Assembly: GCA_000165345.1 (NCBI GenBank)
Contig: CM000433.1
Span: 576,001 to 640,000, forward strand
Reading direction: 5' to 3'
DNA: 64,000 nt
This document shows positions 1 through 10,256 of the stretch, piece by piece (the stretch's first letter is position 1; each line of letters begins with the position of its first letter). Under the pieces are notes generated by a model. It saw only the letters and a program-made list of their open reading frames with translations. It searched no databases and was not told the origin of the DNA. The position numbers and the translations under genes were made by a program.

Positions 1-212
1 AACGCATTATACTGCGTAAAGTGCCTTCAATTAGAATAAAGAGGACGATATATTTTTATACCTATACCGTTTATTGTCAATATTAAAGAGAAAAAAAAGC
101 AGGAAGTGTCATTTCAAGTTTGGCCTCGCTTTTTTTTTTTCTCAACCCATTCAAATATTCAATTTGCTATTTTAACCTAAATAGTCTGAACAGAGATCGT
201 CGTTAATTTCAC

Positions 213-2426
213 ATGAATTCAAGAATGTTTGCCACTCCTAGACCACGTCCACAGTTTGCAAATTCATCAACACTTGGTGGTCTAGAATTTGACCAGAAGC
301 AAATTTCATCAACATCTACTACTACTACTACACCTTCAACATCGTCCTCAAATTCCATATCAACGCCTTGCATAGCGTCCATAATTGATGGAACCTCTAC
401 GTTTGGCACAGATCAAAACTACTTTGATGAAATTTCCAGTATGATCGATAATTCTCACCTAGAAACTCCCCAAACTTGTAGACTTGGAAATGCTTCCCAT
501 ATTCTTAGAATCCCCAAACAAGGTGTCGGAAACATGGGATGTGGCACCATACACGACATTTTAGGCCAAACAAACTGTCCTATGGATATCAGCAATAAGG
601 TACTCTTAGCCAAAGAGCAACACTCTAGTGTGAAAGAGCATCAACCAAATGGGAATCACTCAACTGGAGCTTTGGGTGGAGCAGCAATGATGAGTATATT
701 TTCTTCTCCGAAGTCATTCGTCTGTACTCTTTCTTCTACTAGATCAACTTCGGCCCCATACACTCCTACAGTTGTAGATGAGTGTTCACCTCCATGTAGC
801 CTCCCAGCACCACCAGGATCTGACCCTTTTACTATTTCAGGGTTTGGGCCTGAATCTACATCTACTGATCCAATATCAGGTGACTTTTCAGCCCCACTTC
901 TTAATTACCTCAATGATGGACTCAGCTCCGATTCCTGGGGGAGCTTCCTCCCCTACTCAAAGATCACCGATTACTGCTTTGAAAACTCCCCGGATAATGT
1001 TATCCTAAACGGTAACGGCAATTGCAGGGGTAGTAGCAGTAGTAGTAGCAGCAGCAGCACCAGTGGTGGTAATGTCAACAGCAATAACAATAGTAATAAT
1101 AACAACGCTAGTAACAGCAACAATAATAGCAATAACAATATCAACATCAACAATGGCCATGGAGGCTCTGTAACTTCCACACTTCCTTCAGGCATTTGCA
1201 GTGGCATCAACCCTAGTAAATGGGGGGGAAGCGTTTTACCTAAATCAAATGGCGTCACCACGCCTGGAGCTGGAGGCAAACACACTACAAGCACAACTGC
1301 CACTACCGTCGCCGCCTCTGCCACCACCACCACCACCCCATCTTCCCCCTCTTCTGTTATCTTATCATCTAAAGCAAATGAACTCCTGGATTATATACTC
1401 ATGAGTATCGTCAAAGATAATGGACACACCGGAAATGTTTTCGAGCAAGCGTCCCAAATACTAAGCTCCACTGCTGCTCTACTAGCAACCAGATTCAACA
1501 AGGAGGTCCCGAACTTCCAATCCAATAATAATAATCACCACCACTCTACGATACCATCTAATTCATCGAATTCCAACTCTGGAAATGGAAACTGGAGCCC
1601 CACCACACTTGGTGTAGGAGGACCCAACTTTGCCGCCCCGACTATGCTTGCACACCCTGACGAGTTCAAAAATCCTTCATCTTTTCTCAAAATCTATGGT
1701 GATCCACTCTGTGGAAAACAACCCTCTAATGGGAGCCAGAACCCGCCTCTAATGGGAGCTTTGAGCGGGGCACCGCATGAATTTCAGGCGGGAGTGAATG
1801 GGGCGGGTTTTGCGAATGCCAACCCCATGAAAGGGCAGAATGGGAATTGGGCATGTTGCAAATGCAGTAATGTCAACTTTCCACGACGCTTTAGATGCTT
1901 CAAATGCGGAGAGTACCGAGATGAAATTGGGGATAAGATCGTCGCAGAGTATGCCAAGCACGTGTATTTACATCATCTCAAGGCCTATAGGTCTTTTAAT
2001 AATGGGAATACAGGTGGCAACTCAGGTAGCAGCAGTACTGGTAATAATAATAATAGTAACAGTACTTGTACTAATACTAATTCCCAGTCGACCTTGGGCT
2101 CAGGTTCGGGTAGAAATGGAATGGTTTCAAATATCCAATCCAGCTTTAATGAAGGCTTACAACCTGTATTTGTCCAGCGAAGTAATAGCAATAGTGGCTT
2201 CATTGCCACAAACCTACCTTCGAATCTAAACTACAACGACTCCAATGGAGGACATCTTAATAACTCTAAGCAATTGAATAACCAAATTTGTTCCGATGGA
2301 ATTAATAACAGTACTTGCTCTACCAGCTCCTCTACAAGCGTGTCTCCAGTGGGTTCGGCCTCAACATCATGCCAGTCAACAAATAAGAAGCAATCCTCCT
2401 CGAAGGTTATGTCAGTTAATTTATAG
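213..2426 (+). CDS. RanBP2-type zinc-finger protein with long S/T/N low-complexity tracts (737 aa)
   Basis: Uninterrupted 2.2 kb ORF. It carries a W-x-C-x2-C-x3-N-x6-C-x2-C signature (WACCKCSNVNFPRRFRCFKCGEYR, near nt 1850-1920), which is typical of RanBP2/ZnF_RBZ. Poly-Ser/poly-Asn runs are encoded by AGC/AAT repeats. The antisense poly-Leu ORFs at 971-1336 and 1985-2209 are by-products of those repeats. Confidence 0.6.
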   Translation: MNSRMFATPRPRPQFANSSTLGGLEFDQKQISSTSTTTTTPSTSSSNSISTPCIASIIDGTSTFGTDQNYFDEISSMIDNSHLETPQTCRLGNASHILRIPKQGVGNMGCGTIHDILGQTNCPMDISNKVLLAKEQHSSVKEHQPNGNHSTGALGGAAMMSIFSSPKSFVCTLSSTRSTSAPYTPTVVDECSPPCSLPAPPGSDPFTISGFGPESTSTDPISGDFSAPLLNYLNDGLSSDSWGSFLPYSKITDYCFENSPDNVILNGNGNCRGSSSSSSSSSTSGGNVNSNNNSNNNNASNSNNNSNNNININNGHGGSVTSTLPSGICSGINPSKWGGSVLPKSNGVTTPGAGGKHTTSTTATTVAASATTTTTPSSPSSVILSSKANELLDYILMSIVKDNGHTGNVFEQASQILSSTAALLATRFNKEVPNFQSNNNNHHHSTIPSNSSNSNSGNGNWSPTTLGVGGPNFAAPTMLAHPDEFKNPSSFLKIYGDPLCGKQPSNGSQNPPLMGALSGAPHEFQAGVNGAGFANANPMKGQNGNWACCKCSNVNFPRRFRCFKCGEYRDEIGDKIVAEYAKHVYLHHLKAYRSFNNGNTGGNSGSSSTGNNNNSNSTCTNTNSQSTLGSGSGRNGMVSNIQSSFNEGLQPVFVQRSNSNSGFIATNLPSNLNYNDSNGGHLNNSKQLNNQICSDGINNSTCSTSSSTSVSPVGSASTSCQSTNKKQSSSKVMSVNL

Positions 2427-2573
2427 AGTAGGAACTTTCAAATCCCCAATCTGATTGTCGCCTCTCTGCATTTACTCATCCTTATTTTACACCATGCACT
2501 CGCCTTTTATGCTATAGACCACTTCCGATTATCTCTCTTCCCACACAACCCCCAAGATCTGAAGATTATGAAT

Positions 2574-2622
2574 GAGAATGTATGAATGAATGAATGAACG
2601 AACAAACAAACAAACAAACAAA
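2574..2622. repeat. compound microsatellite (GAAT)3(GAAC)2(AAAC)5
   Basis: Direct reading: gaatgaatgaatgaacgaacaaacaaacaaacaaaca. Confidence 0.9.
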
Positions 2623-3375
2623 CAGACGAGAGTAGAAGAGAGTCATAGTTAAGTCATTACATGTGCTGATACATAAATATATTTCACATACAAAAAGAAA
2701 TTACACCACGGAAGGCTTGCTCAATTGTGGCCAGCATGGTATATTTTAACATTCACTTGTTTATTTGACCTATGGGGGGAAGAATAATTTTGGCTATTTA
2801 TGTATGCATACACGTAATGCTCGCATGCATGCAATTATGTGGACATAATTACGTGTATAATGTATGTGCTAAAGTATACCGGCAATTATTGATACACGGT
2901 TCATTTCATGGTAATTTTAGCTGGTTTGAATCTAGCAAAGTTTCTGGATTATCTTTCCAATTGTTAGTTTCTATTCTGAGAAAATTTGTATATCATTACT
3001 CAGCTATAAACACGAGGTCATTCTTCCCATGATATAATTTGTGGGGCTGTCATATCATTCATTCAAAGGCTCACTCAGGTCACAAATATTTCATTCCCCG
3101 CCAAAGTGTTTCCAATTGCCTTATTCCTTTGAGTCTTTTCTGGGATAAGGAACCCTCCCCCAATTTCTAGTAGGTATTTAGCGTTCTTTTTCCTTATGGC
3201 TTGTTTAATTTTTTTTACTTTTTTCTTTTTTATTTAGTCTTTGTTGACAGGACTTTCCCCCCTATACTCACTTTTGAAGGGGGGAGTAGTTCTCTTGAAT
3301 TTTTATTACCCGCCTTTATATACGATTTTTGTCTGAAAACGACCAGAAAGAAAAGTTAGGTAAAGTTAAGCTAAT

Positions 3376-3798
3376 ATGAAGTTAAGACTGAAAAAGTTGC
3401 TTTTACTCCTCTCTAATGCCCTAATTCCAGGATCAGGACCTCTCTTTTATGGAATATCAAATATCTCAATCTTTGGAATTATCTCTGGTATTGCGATCCT
3501 TTTTGCCTTTGCTTTTGTGATACTTATTGCTCTTAATGGGGAGTTCTTCTCGTATGAAACTTATAATAATATTTTTTTAGCCTTATTTCACAGATATAAT
3601 GGGCATAAGCTAGAGAAAGCTCTTTGGACTATATTGTTTATTATATTGGTCTCCACACTTACACTATATGGTTACCTTGTTTACTTATCCTACAAAATTA
3701 CCCTAAGCCTTAATAAAAATATTCAAATTGATATCAAACAAAATTCTAAAGATGGTAGAGAACCTAAATGCACAAAATCCTGTCAAACTAATGCTTAA
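3376..3798 (+). CDS. hypothetical small membrane protein (140 aa, about 3 predicted TM helices)
   Basis: ORF in an otherwise 1.9 kb gene-free gap. The translation has three long hydrophobic segments. No E2F-like box lies upstream, so support is weak. Confidence 0.3.
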   Translation: MKLRLKKLLLLLSNALIPGSGPLFYGISNISIFGIISGIAILFAFAFVILIALNGEFFSYETYNNIFLALFHRYNGHKLEKALWTILFIILVSTLTLYGYLVYLSYKITLSLNKNIQIDIKQNSKDGREPKCTKSCQTNA

Positions 3799-3946
3799 GA
3801 AATGATCAAAAAGATATTCAATAACTGTTACAATCATAACACTAAAATCTTGCTACCAAACTGACTTCCACCGCCACTACTACTATCAACACCACTCCCA
3901 CCACCATAACCCTCGTATTCTTTTTAATGTTTTTCTATAACAAACA

Positions 3947-4072
3947 TTTCCCGCCATTCGCGCGCCATTTTAAATTTATTAACTATGTATGTGTGTGTAA
4001 TGCCTTTTAGGAAGTGCAAGTTTAGTTTGGGTTACTTTTAGTTCGAGGTTTAAGGCGGGCAATTTGGCGAAG
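3947..4072. promoter_or_regulatory. E2F-like boxes upstream of the 4346 gene (ttcccgccattcgcgcgcca; aaggcgggcaatttggcgaag)
   Basis: GGCGGGAA / GCGCGCCA-type motifs lie 270-400 bp upstream of the ATG. CCGGTAC / ATACCGTCCGG motifs follow at 4081-4110. Confidence 0.5.
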
Positions 4073-4345
4073 TTAATAGTGCCGGTACTGGGAAGAATAC
4101 CGTCCGGTTGCAAATGTGCATCGCGTGGGGAAAATATTGAAAATAGATTTTAAGTTTTTAGTTGTAGAATATAGAGTAAATTTTGCGAGTAATATTATTT
4201 TAAAAGTTTTCTCCCCTTACTCTTTTTCGTACTTTTTTTGAAACAAAATAAATATTCGTTGGCTCAAAAAGGTGCAAAACTAGGAAAAGTGATTACTAAT
4301 TAATGAAAAATATATAGAATAGCACTATAACAAAGAGAGCATAAG

Positions 4346-7300
4346 ATGCCAATTGAAAAAAAAGAAGTTTTCAAAGCCATATTCAAATCCAAAGAAAGAA
4401 AGCCAATAAAGGAAAAGAAAAAAAAACAAATAAATAGAGATAAATTTGTCAAGAATAATGTAAGGTATATTGCTCCAAATAATGAAAAGGTCAAATTAAA
4501 GATTGAAAAAATGGAGAAGGATTTAAAGAGGGCAAAAAACAAAACAAAACTGATGAGATTTTTTGATAATAAAGCAATTTCAAGATCAAGTCCATTAGAT
4601 AGCCGGCTTGGAACTTACTATGAATTTGAAAATGAAGTAAAAATGAGTATTCTTACGACAGAAGGAACTGAAGTTAGTAGCATTACTTTAAATTTAGAAA
4701 TCACAGCTGAAAATATTAAGCATGAAAAGATACCAGGACTTTACCACTTTATGATTCAAATACTTTTTTCTGAGAAATTTCTTGAAATTGAGTATAATTG
4801 GAATCCACTTGAACCATCATCTTTTAGAGAATATGTTAAAGATATAGGAGGAAAAATTAATATCCAATATTTACCTTCTTGTATTATGATAAGTGTTGGA
4901 TGTCCTTCAAAACACTATATTAAGATGTTGGAACATTTCTTTAATACAATTTATTTGAAAAATAAAGGAAAACCAAGAAAATTAATTTTAAGGAAAAGTT
5001 CGATTGAGCAGGCAATACAAAATATGAATTTGAATTATGTTGAATATATCCAAGATGAATCTTATTTACGTTTTGAAATTCTGAGAGAATTTATTAAGAA
5101 TAATGCCAAATCCTTTCAAAGAACAACAAACCATAAAACTATTGATATACTTAAATTGTGGTCAATTGGTTCAGAATCCACAGTATTATCTTTAATTAAA
5201 GAAGGGAATTTGGAGGTAGAAATAATGCAAGCTTATAATCGAATTATCAGCAATAAACCAGTAATTGTTGCTTTCCATTCAAACATTTCCAATGAAAAAC
5301 TTTTTAAAATATTGAATGATTTTAATATTCCAATTTTGCAAGAAAATGAGAAAATTAAAGATAACACCAATAAAACCATAGGAGATAATAAATCCCTCTT
5401 TAAGCAATCAAAATCTAAGAATAATAAGAACCAAAATAATAATTATTCTGAGCTACCTCCTGTTGCAGTAGCAGATTTGAAACCTTCAATAATAGTAAAT
5501 TCTCCAATTCATGACTCCATAAATAGTAATGGAGAGATTGAAATTCAATGGATTATTCCTGCTTTCTATTCATCTCTTTCGTCATCAAATTCAAAACCAC
5601 TAAAAGTTATTTCTTATTTATTAGAATCTGGAAGTCTTGTGAATTTTTTGAATAAAAGAAAACTTATTAAATCAGTTAGTAGTGGAGAAGTATACTTTGC
5701 AGCTCACTCATCACAAAAGCTTGGATTTACTATATATTCTGTTATTATTAAACTTTCAGAAAAGTTTGAATCTGAAATTGACCCCAAATCACCATTAATT
5801 CAATTTATTGTTCAATCCATATTTGCTTACTTTAATTCATTAATAAAACAAATTGAAGATAGCTTAAATAACTTAGATATTAAATCCACAAAAAAAGATA
5901 TTTTAGAGAATAAAGAAACCAATCGACCATTTCTTGCCATATGTGATATACTCCAAATTGAAAACTACATTTCAAACTCAAATTACCAAATGAATAGTGA
6001 AAGAGAAAACTATATTGATTACTTTGATCGTAATTTTGAAACCACAGAAATTGCCATACAAAACTTAAAATCGCATAATCCAAGCGAAATTCTGGTTGGT
6101 AATAACCGTTTTTATTCAAAAATTAAAGTAATTTTGAAATATGTAAAATTCACTCTTGAAAATGCACTCAAACCTTCAAATTTTATTATTTTTATTACTT
6201 CAAAAGCCTTTTTCAATAATAATAATGAGTATAATTTCAAAAAGCTCAAGCTTCTATTGCCAGACCCACCTACAATTAATTATTTTGAGCTCAAATTTGA
6301 GCCGAACTTCCTCAATTTACTGAAAGATCCTGAAAACTTGAAGAAATATGTCATCAAAATGGATCCATTAAGACAAGTAATACTTAAGAACGAAATAAAA
6401 GATGAATATGACTTCCTGATTTCTCCGCATCATCTTTTGAAGAATTCAGAATTAACTTTTTTAGATGGAGAATTTGAATGGAGCTCTTTTTCAAACCAAA
6501 TTGAAGATGATAATCCAATACAAGGCACAACTCCTTATATTTCAGAACCGAAAATCATATCACAAGATGAGAATAATAAATTCTTAATTTACTACTCTCA
6601 GATCAATTATCCAGATAAATCCAGTGAAATTCTTCAAAGCTCTTTATCTTCTGCTATTATTAGATGGTATGATAGTATTGATTACTCCAAGCTATTATTA
6701 AATAAAGGAAAACAAGGAAATCTAACAAAAAATTCGATACTTGCTTCCTTTATTTCAAGAATTATCTTTGCTATATGGATAACAACGACCTTATCTCTGA
6801 ACTTTAATTCATATAGAAAAATTGGTGCAACCATTAACTTCCAGCCTTGCCATCATTTTGGCACAGCTTTATCGACAAATTGTGTACAATTACAAGTAAC
6901 ATCTCCATCGCCCATGTTTCCAGAATACTTGAAAGAGGTTCTTAAATCTATTCGAACTGTCTCTATGCTGAATATATCGAAAGAACTCTCTGAAAGGGTT
7001 AAAGTGGATGCAATTAAGGAAATTAATCAATCAATATTAGCGAATAGTGCAACCAATTATTGTACTGATAAGATCAAGCAATTGTTTCTTCCTGAGATAT
7101 TTACGCATGAAGAAGTGCTTTCTGAGATAAAAGAGTTAGAAAGTGATGAAATAACTATTCTTTTGGACAAAAAACTTGATATTAAAAATCCATATATCAA
7201 TGTAATTGGATTAATTACTCATATTGATGAACCAAATGTTAGTTTTGATATTGTAAAAGAGTCCCTTATTTCAAATACATGCTTTAATGACTTTAAATAC

Positions 7301-8167
7301 TTTCCTGATTCACTTTACACGAAGAATACTTCCGGAGAAATTAAATTTCCCCATCCTTTATTAGAAGAAATTGATTCATCAAGAACAAGATTATTATTTT
7401 ATGCCAATAAGGAGAACAAAAATAACCAATCAAATAAAAATGAAAATTTTGAAATGTTAATTTCCACTCTTTGGATTTCAGCCTCTAAAAATGATATCCA
7501 ACAAAAGTCAATGTTAATACTTCTTGTTAGTCTCATTCAATTTACTTTTAAGAATATGTATCTCCCAACTTCACTTTTGGTTGATAAATCTCAAAGAAAG
7601 AATATTAACTTACTCGTGATACCTTCTCCTTTCCTTAAAAAACTTGGGCTACAGTTGATTCTTGAAGTTTCTGATAATAAAGTCTTCTCTAGTAAAGACA
7701 TAACGACTTCAATTTTACTATTAGACTTCCTTTCATTTATTGAAAATTCCGAATTCACTGAATTCAACTACAATCAAGATAATAAACCCTATGACAAGTC
7801 AAACCACTTGATTGATCAGTCTTTGAGTCTCAATTTTAAACAAATCAAAACTGAAGTCATCCTCCAATTATTACTCTCTCAAACTCAAATTGTAGCCCAA
7901 TCTTCCTATCTTTTTAGCAGAATTGTCGAATATTTTGAGTCAGAAAGCTTTTCTCCTTCGAATCAAAACACGAGTAGAATTTCTAACGAAAAAGAACAGA
8001 TAAACAGAATTATCAAAAGTACCAGTTTAAATTCTGCCATATCATTTATTAAATCCATTATTTCCAATAACTCAATGATTTTAGTTGAATTAAACGCTCA
8101 AAATGGCAATTCAAATAATCCAGAAAATGAAATCATGCTTAAATACGATTTCAAACTTGCTAATTAA
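4346..8167 (+). CDS. insulinase-like (peptidase M16 fold) protein, predicted catalytically inactive (1273 aa)
   Basis: The N-terminal region aligns to the M16 active-site region. It reads SSITLNLEITAENIKHEKIPGLYHFMIQILFSEKFLEIEY, against insulin-degrading enzyme [42 protein letters not shown]. The downstream G..N..Y..V and L..FF blocks are conserved. The HxxEH zinc motif is replaced by HFMIQ. E2F-like boxes lie upstream. Confidence 0.55.
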   Translation: MPIEKKEVFKAIFKSKERKPIKEKKKKQINRDKFVKNNVRYIAPNNEKVKLKIEKMEKDLKRAKNKTKLMRFFDNKAISRSSPLDSRLGTYYEFENEVKMSILTTEGTEVSSITLNLEITAENIKHEKIPGLYHFMIQILFSEKFLEIEYNWNPLEPSSFREYVKDIGGKINIQYLPSCIMISVGCPSKHYIKMLEHFFNTIYLKNKGKPRKLILRKSSIEQAIQNMNLNYVEYIQDESYLRFEILREFIKNNAKSFQRTTNHKTIDILKLWSIGSESTVLSLIKEGNLEVEIMQAYNRIISNKPVIVAFHSNISNEKLFKILNDFNIPILQENEKIKDNTNKTIGDNKSLFKQSKSKNNKNQNNNYSELPPVAVADLKPSIIVNSPIHDSINSNGEIEIQWIIPAFYSSLSSSNSKPLKVISYLLESGSLVNFLNKRKLIKSVSSGEVYFAAHSSQKLGFTIYSVIIKLSEKFESEIDPKSPLIQFIVQSIFAYFNSLIKQIEDSLNNLDIKSTKKDILENKETNRPFLAICDILQIENYISNSNYQMNSERENYIDYFDRNFETTEIAIQNLKSHNPSEILVGNNRFYSKIKVILKYVKFTLENALKPSNFIIFITSKAFFNNNNEYNFKKLKLLLPDPPTINYFELKFEPNFLNLLKDPENLKKYVIKMDPLRQVILKNEIKDEYDFLISPHHLLKNSELTFLDGEFEWSSFSNQIEDDNPIQGTTPYISEPKIISQDENNKFLIYYSQINYPDKSSEILQSSLSSAIIRWYDSIDYSKLLLNKGKQGNLTKNSILASFISRIIFAIWITTTLSLNFNSYRKIGATINFQPCHHFGTALSTNCVQLQVTSPSPMFPEYLKEVLKSIRTVSMLNISKELSERVKVDAIKEINQSILANSATNYCTDKIKQLFLPEIFTHEEVLSEIKELESDEITILLDKKLDIKNPYINVIGLITHIDEPNVSFDIVKESLISNTCFNDFKYFPDSLYTKNTSGEIKFPHPLLEEIDSSRTRLLFYANKENKNNQSNKNENFEMLISTLWISASKNDIQQKSMLILLVSLIQFTFKNMYLPTSLLVDKSQRKNINLLVIPSPFLKKLGLQLILEVSDNKVFSSKDITTSILLLDFLSFIENSEFTEFNYNQDNKPYDKSNHLIDQSLSLNFKQIKTEVILQLLLSQTQIVAQSSYLFSRIVEYFESESFSPSNQNTSRISNEKEQINRIIKSTSLNSAISFIKSIISNNSMILVELNAQNGNSNNPENEIMLKYDFKLAN

Positions 8168-8326
8168 AGATTAAATAGTCTTCCTTAGCTTATTTCATTC
8201 AATTTCCTCACTTTTTTCAATAATAAAAATTTTATTTAAAAAAAAACATCTTAATTCTTCAGTTTTGTCTGGTTTAGAATTTTAATTAAATTCATGTGGA
8301 CAAAATTATTTGGCAATTAAGAGTTT

Positions 8327-8356
8327 GTATACCGGTATTGTGTGCAACATGCAAAT
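8327..8356. promoter_or_regulatory. ATACCGGTAT + TGCA(A/T)CATGCA module upstream of the ADH gene
   Basis: gtataccggtattgtgtgcaacatgcaaat lies about 200 bp 5' of the ATG at 8559. Confidence 0.4.
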
Positions 8357-8558
8357 TTATTTCTCAAAGTTAAATGCAATTTGTGGGGAGTTGTATGGCG
8401 GTAATGCAAAATTTTTGCTGTTTCTTCAGCCGCCTGCAAATAATATTTTGATTTGAATTTACAATGGCATTGAGACAGACTCTCAGGTTCGCCAATAAAC
8501 AAACTCAATTAAACTATTTATTTGACTGAATATTATTTTTGTTGAGCAGAAATTTAAA

Positions 8559-9623
8559 ATGGCAGTTTATGAGTCAAAAGCATATGCAGCTTTGGGCCCT
8601 TCTCAAGATTTAGTACCACATAAATATGAGATAAAGTCATACGAACCAAATGAAGCTAAAATCAAAGTTTTATATTGTGGAATTTGCCACAGTGATGTTC
8701 ATCAAGTAAAAAATGAATGGTTTCCAGGAATTTTCCCAATGGTCCCGGGCCACGAAATTATCGGTATTGTTGAGGAAATTGGAGAAAATGTTACAAAAGT
8801 GAAAGTGGGTGATTGCGTAGGAATAGGATGTATTGTTGATTCATGCATGAGCTGTAATGCCTGTAAGGATGGGTATGAACAATTTTGTGGAAGCCTTTCA
8901 CTCACTTATAATGGTCGCTATAAAAATGGAATGAATACTTATGGAGGATATGGTACATATGTTACTTGTAACGAGCACTTCTTACTTAAGATCCCAGAAA
9001 ACTTGGATAAAGCAGCTGCAGCTCCATTGCTCTGTGCTGGAGTCACCGTTTATTCTCCAATGATTAGGAACAAGATGAACAGACCCGGATTCAAGTTGGC
9101 TGTAGTTGGATTGGGAGGTTTGGGTCACATGGCTGTCAAGTTTGGTGTCAGCTTCGGATGTGAAGTTGCTGTAATCACTCGTTCAGAAAGTAAAAAAGAA
9201 TATGCCCTTGCTATGGGAGCCAAACATTTTATTAAATTTGACGATCCAGAAGCACTTGAAAAGTTCAGCGGATACTTTGATGGTATTATTGATACTGTTT
9301 CTGGAAAAAGGTCAGTGGAAAACCTATTGAAATTGCTCTCTTACCACGGAGTCATGGCATGTGTTGGAGCTCCTCCTGCTGGTGAAACTTCCGAATTCAA
9401 TTCATTTTCAGTAATATTTGGTGAAAAAACCATCACAGGTGGTAATATTGGTAATATTGAAATCACTCAACAAATGCTTAACTACTGTGGTGAGCACAAT
9501 ATTACATCTACTATTGAACTAATTAAGCTAAACCAAGTCAACGAGGCCTACGAAAAAATGCTCAAGAGCGATGTTAAATTTAGGTTTGTAATTGATGTCG
9601 CTAACTCTCAAGATCAAGTTTGA
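8559..9623 (+). CDS. Zn-dependent medium-chain alcohol dehydrogenase, cinnamyl-alcohol-dehydrogenase (CAD/ADH6)-like, NADP-type (354 aa)
   Basis: It has the catalytic-Zn ligand motif GICHSDVH and the GHEIIG motif. The structural-Zn Cys cluster is CIVDSCMSCNACKDGYEQFC. The Rossmann motif is VVGLGGLGHMAVKFG. The length and end-to-end collinearity match CAD-family ADHs. Confidence 0.9.
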   Translation: MAVYESKAYAALGPSQDLVPHKYEIKSYEPNEAKIKVLYCGICHSDVHQVKNEWFPGIFPMVPGHEIIGIVEEIGENVTKVKVGDCVGIGCIVDSCMSCNACKDGYEQFCGSLSLTYNGRYKNGMNTYGGYGTYVTCNEHFLLKIPENLDKAAAAPLLCAGVTVYSPMIRNKMNRPGFKLAVVGLGGLGHMAVKFGVSFGCEVAVITRSESKKEYALAMGAKHFIKFDDPEALEKFSGYFDGIIDTVSGKRSVENLLKLLSYHGVMACVGAPPAGETSEFNSFSVIFGEKTITGGNIGNIEITQQMLNYCGEHNITSTIELIKLNQVNEAYEKMLKSDVKFRFVIDVANSQDQV

Positions 9624-9755
9624 AATAAAGAATTTAAAAAACTGTATTTTGGTTGTTTTTTATGTGTGCTTTTTTTTTTTTTTTTTGTGATAATAAGTGC
9701 TAAATATTATTCGTCTGCTTTTTCATCGCCCCACTTGCATTTAACCAACTATCGA

Positions 9756-9778
9756 TTTTGCCGCCACACGTGTTTTTT
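9756..9778. promoter_or_regulatory. E2F-like half-site fused to a CACGTG palindrome (ttttgccgccacacgtgtttttt)
   Basis: It lies between the ADH stop and the ATG of the 10257 gene. Confidence 0.35.
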
Positions 9779-10256
9779 GACTATCCCTACGGTATATATT
9801 TGCATGCATGTGATTATGTGCACAAAATGCCAATCTTTTGCAATAATTTCATGTGGACAACCTTTCAAAATACAGAAATGATGTAAAGATTCACTGTGTA
9901 TACATAATCGCTAAGAAAATAATTATTCTAAATGAAAATTAACAGTAATATTTTATTTTTTTCTGAATTTAAACAGATGTTTTTAAATAAACTAATCATT
10001 AATTTAAATAAAATGAAGAAGGAAAAGTTTTTAAATTATAATTATGGAAATTATGAATTATTTGAGTCTAGTCCCAGACCTTTAATGAAATGTTTTCCAA
10101 CAAATATAAATAACAAAATTAAAAAATAAAAAAAGGTGGAATAATAATACCTGTAATCAGTGTGAAAAAAAAACGAGAAATTAAACACACTGTAATAATA
10201 CAATAGTTTTCTTTAAACTTGAAAGACTTAATACAAAATCTTAGAGTTCAGAAGAA

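Noticed and set aside
971-2209. Antisense poly-Leu ORFs (971-1336, 1985-2209) and the internal plus-strand ORFs 778-1008 and 1840-2229
   Set aside because: They are generated by AGC/AAT codon repeats of the 213-2426 gene read in other frames. They lie fully inside a better ORF.
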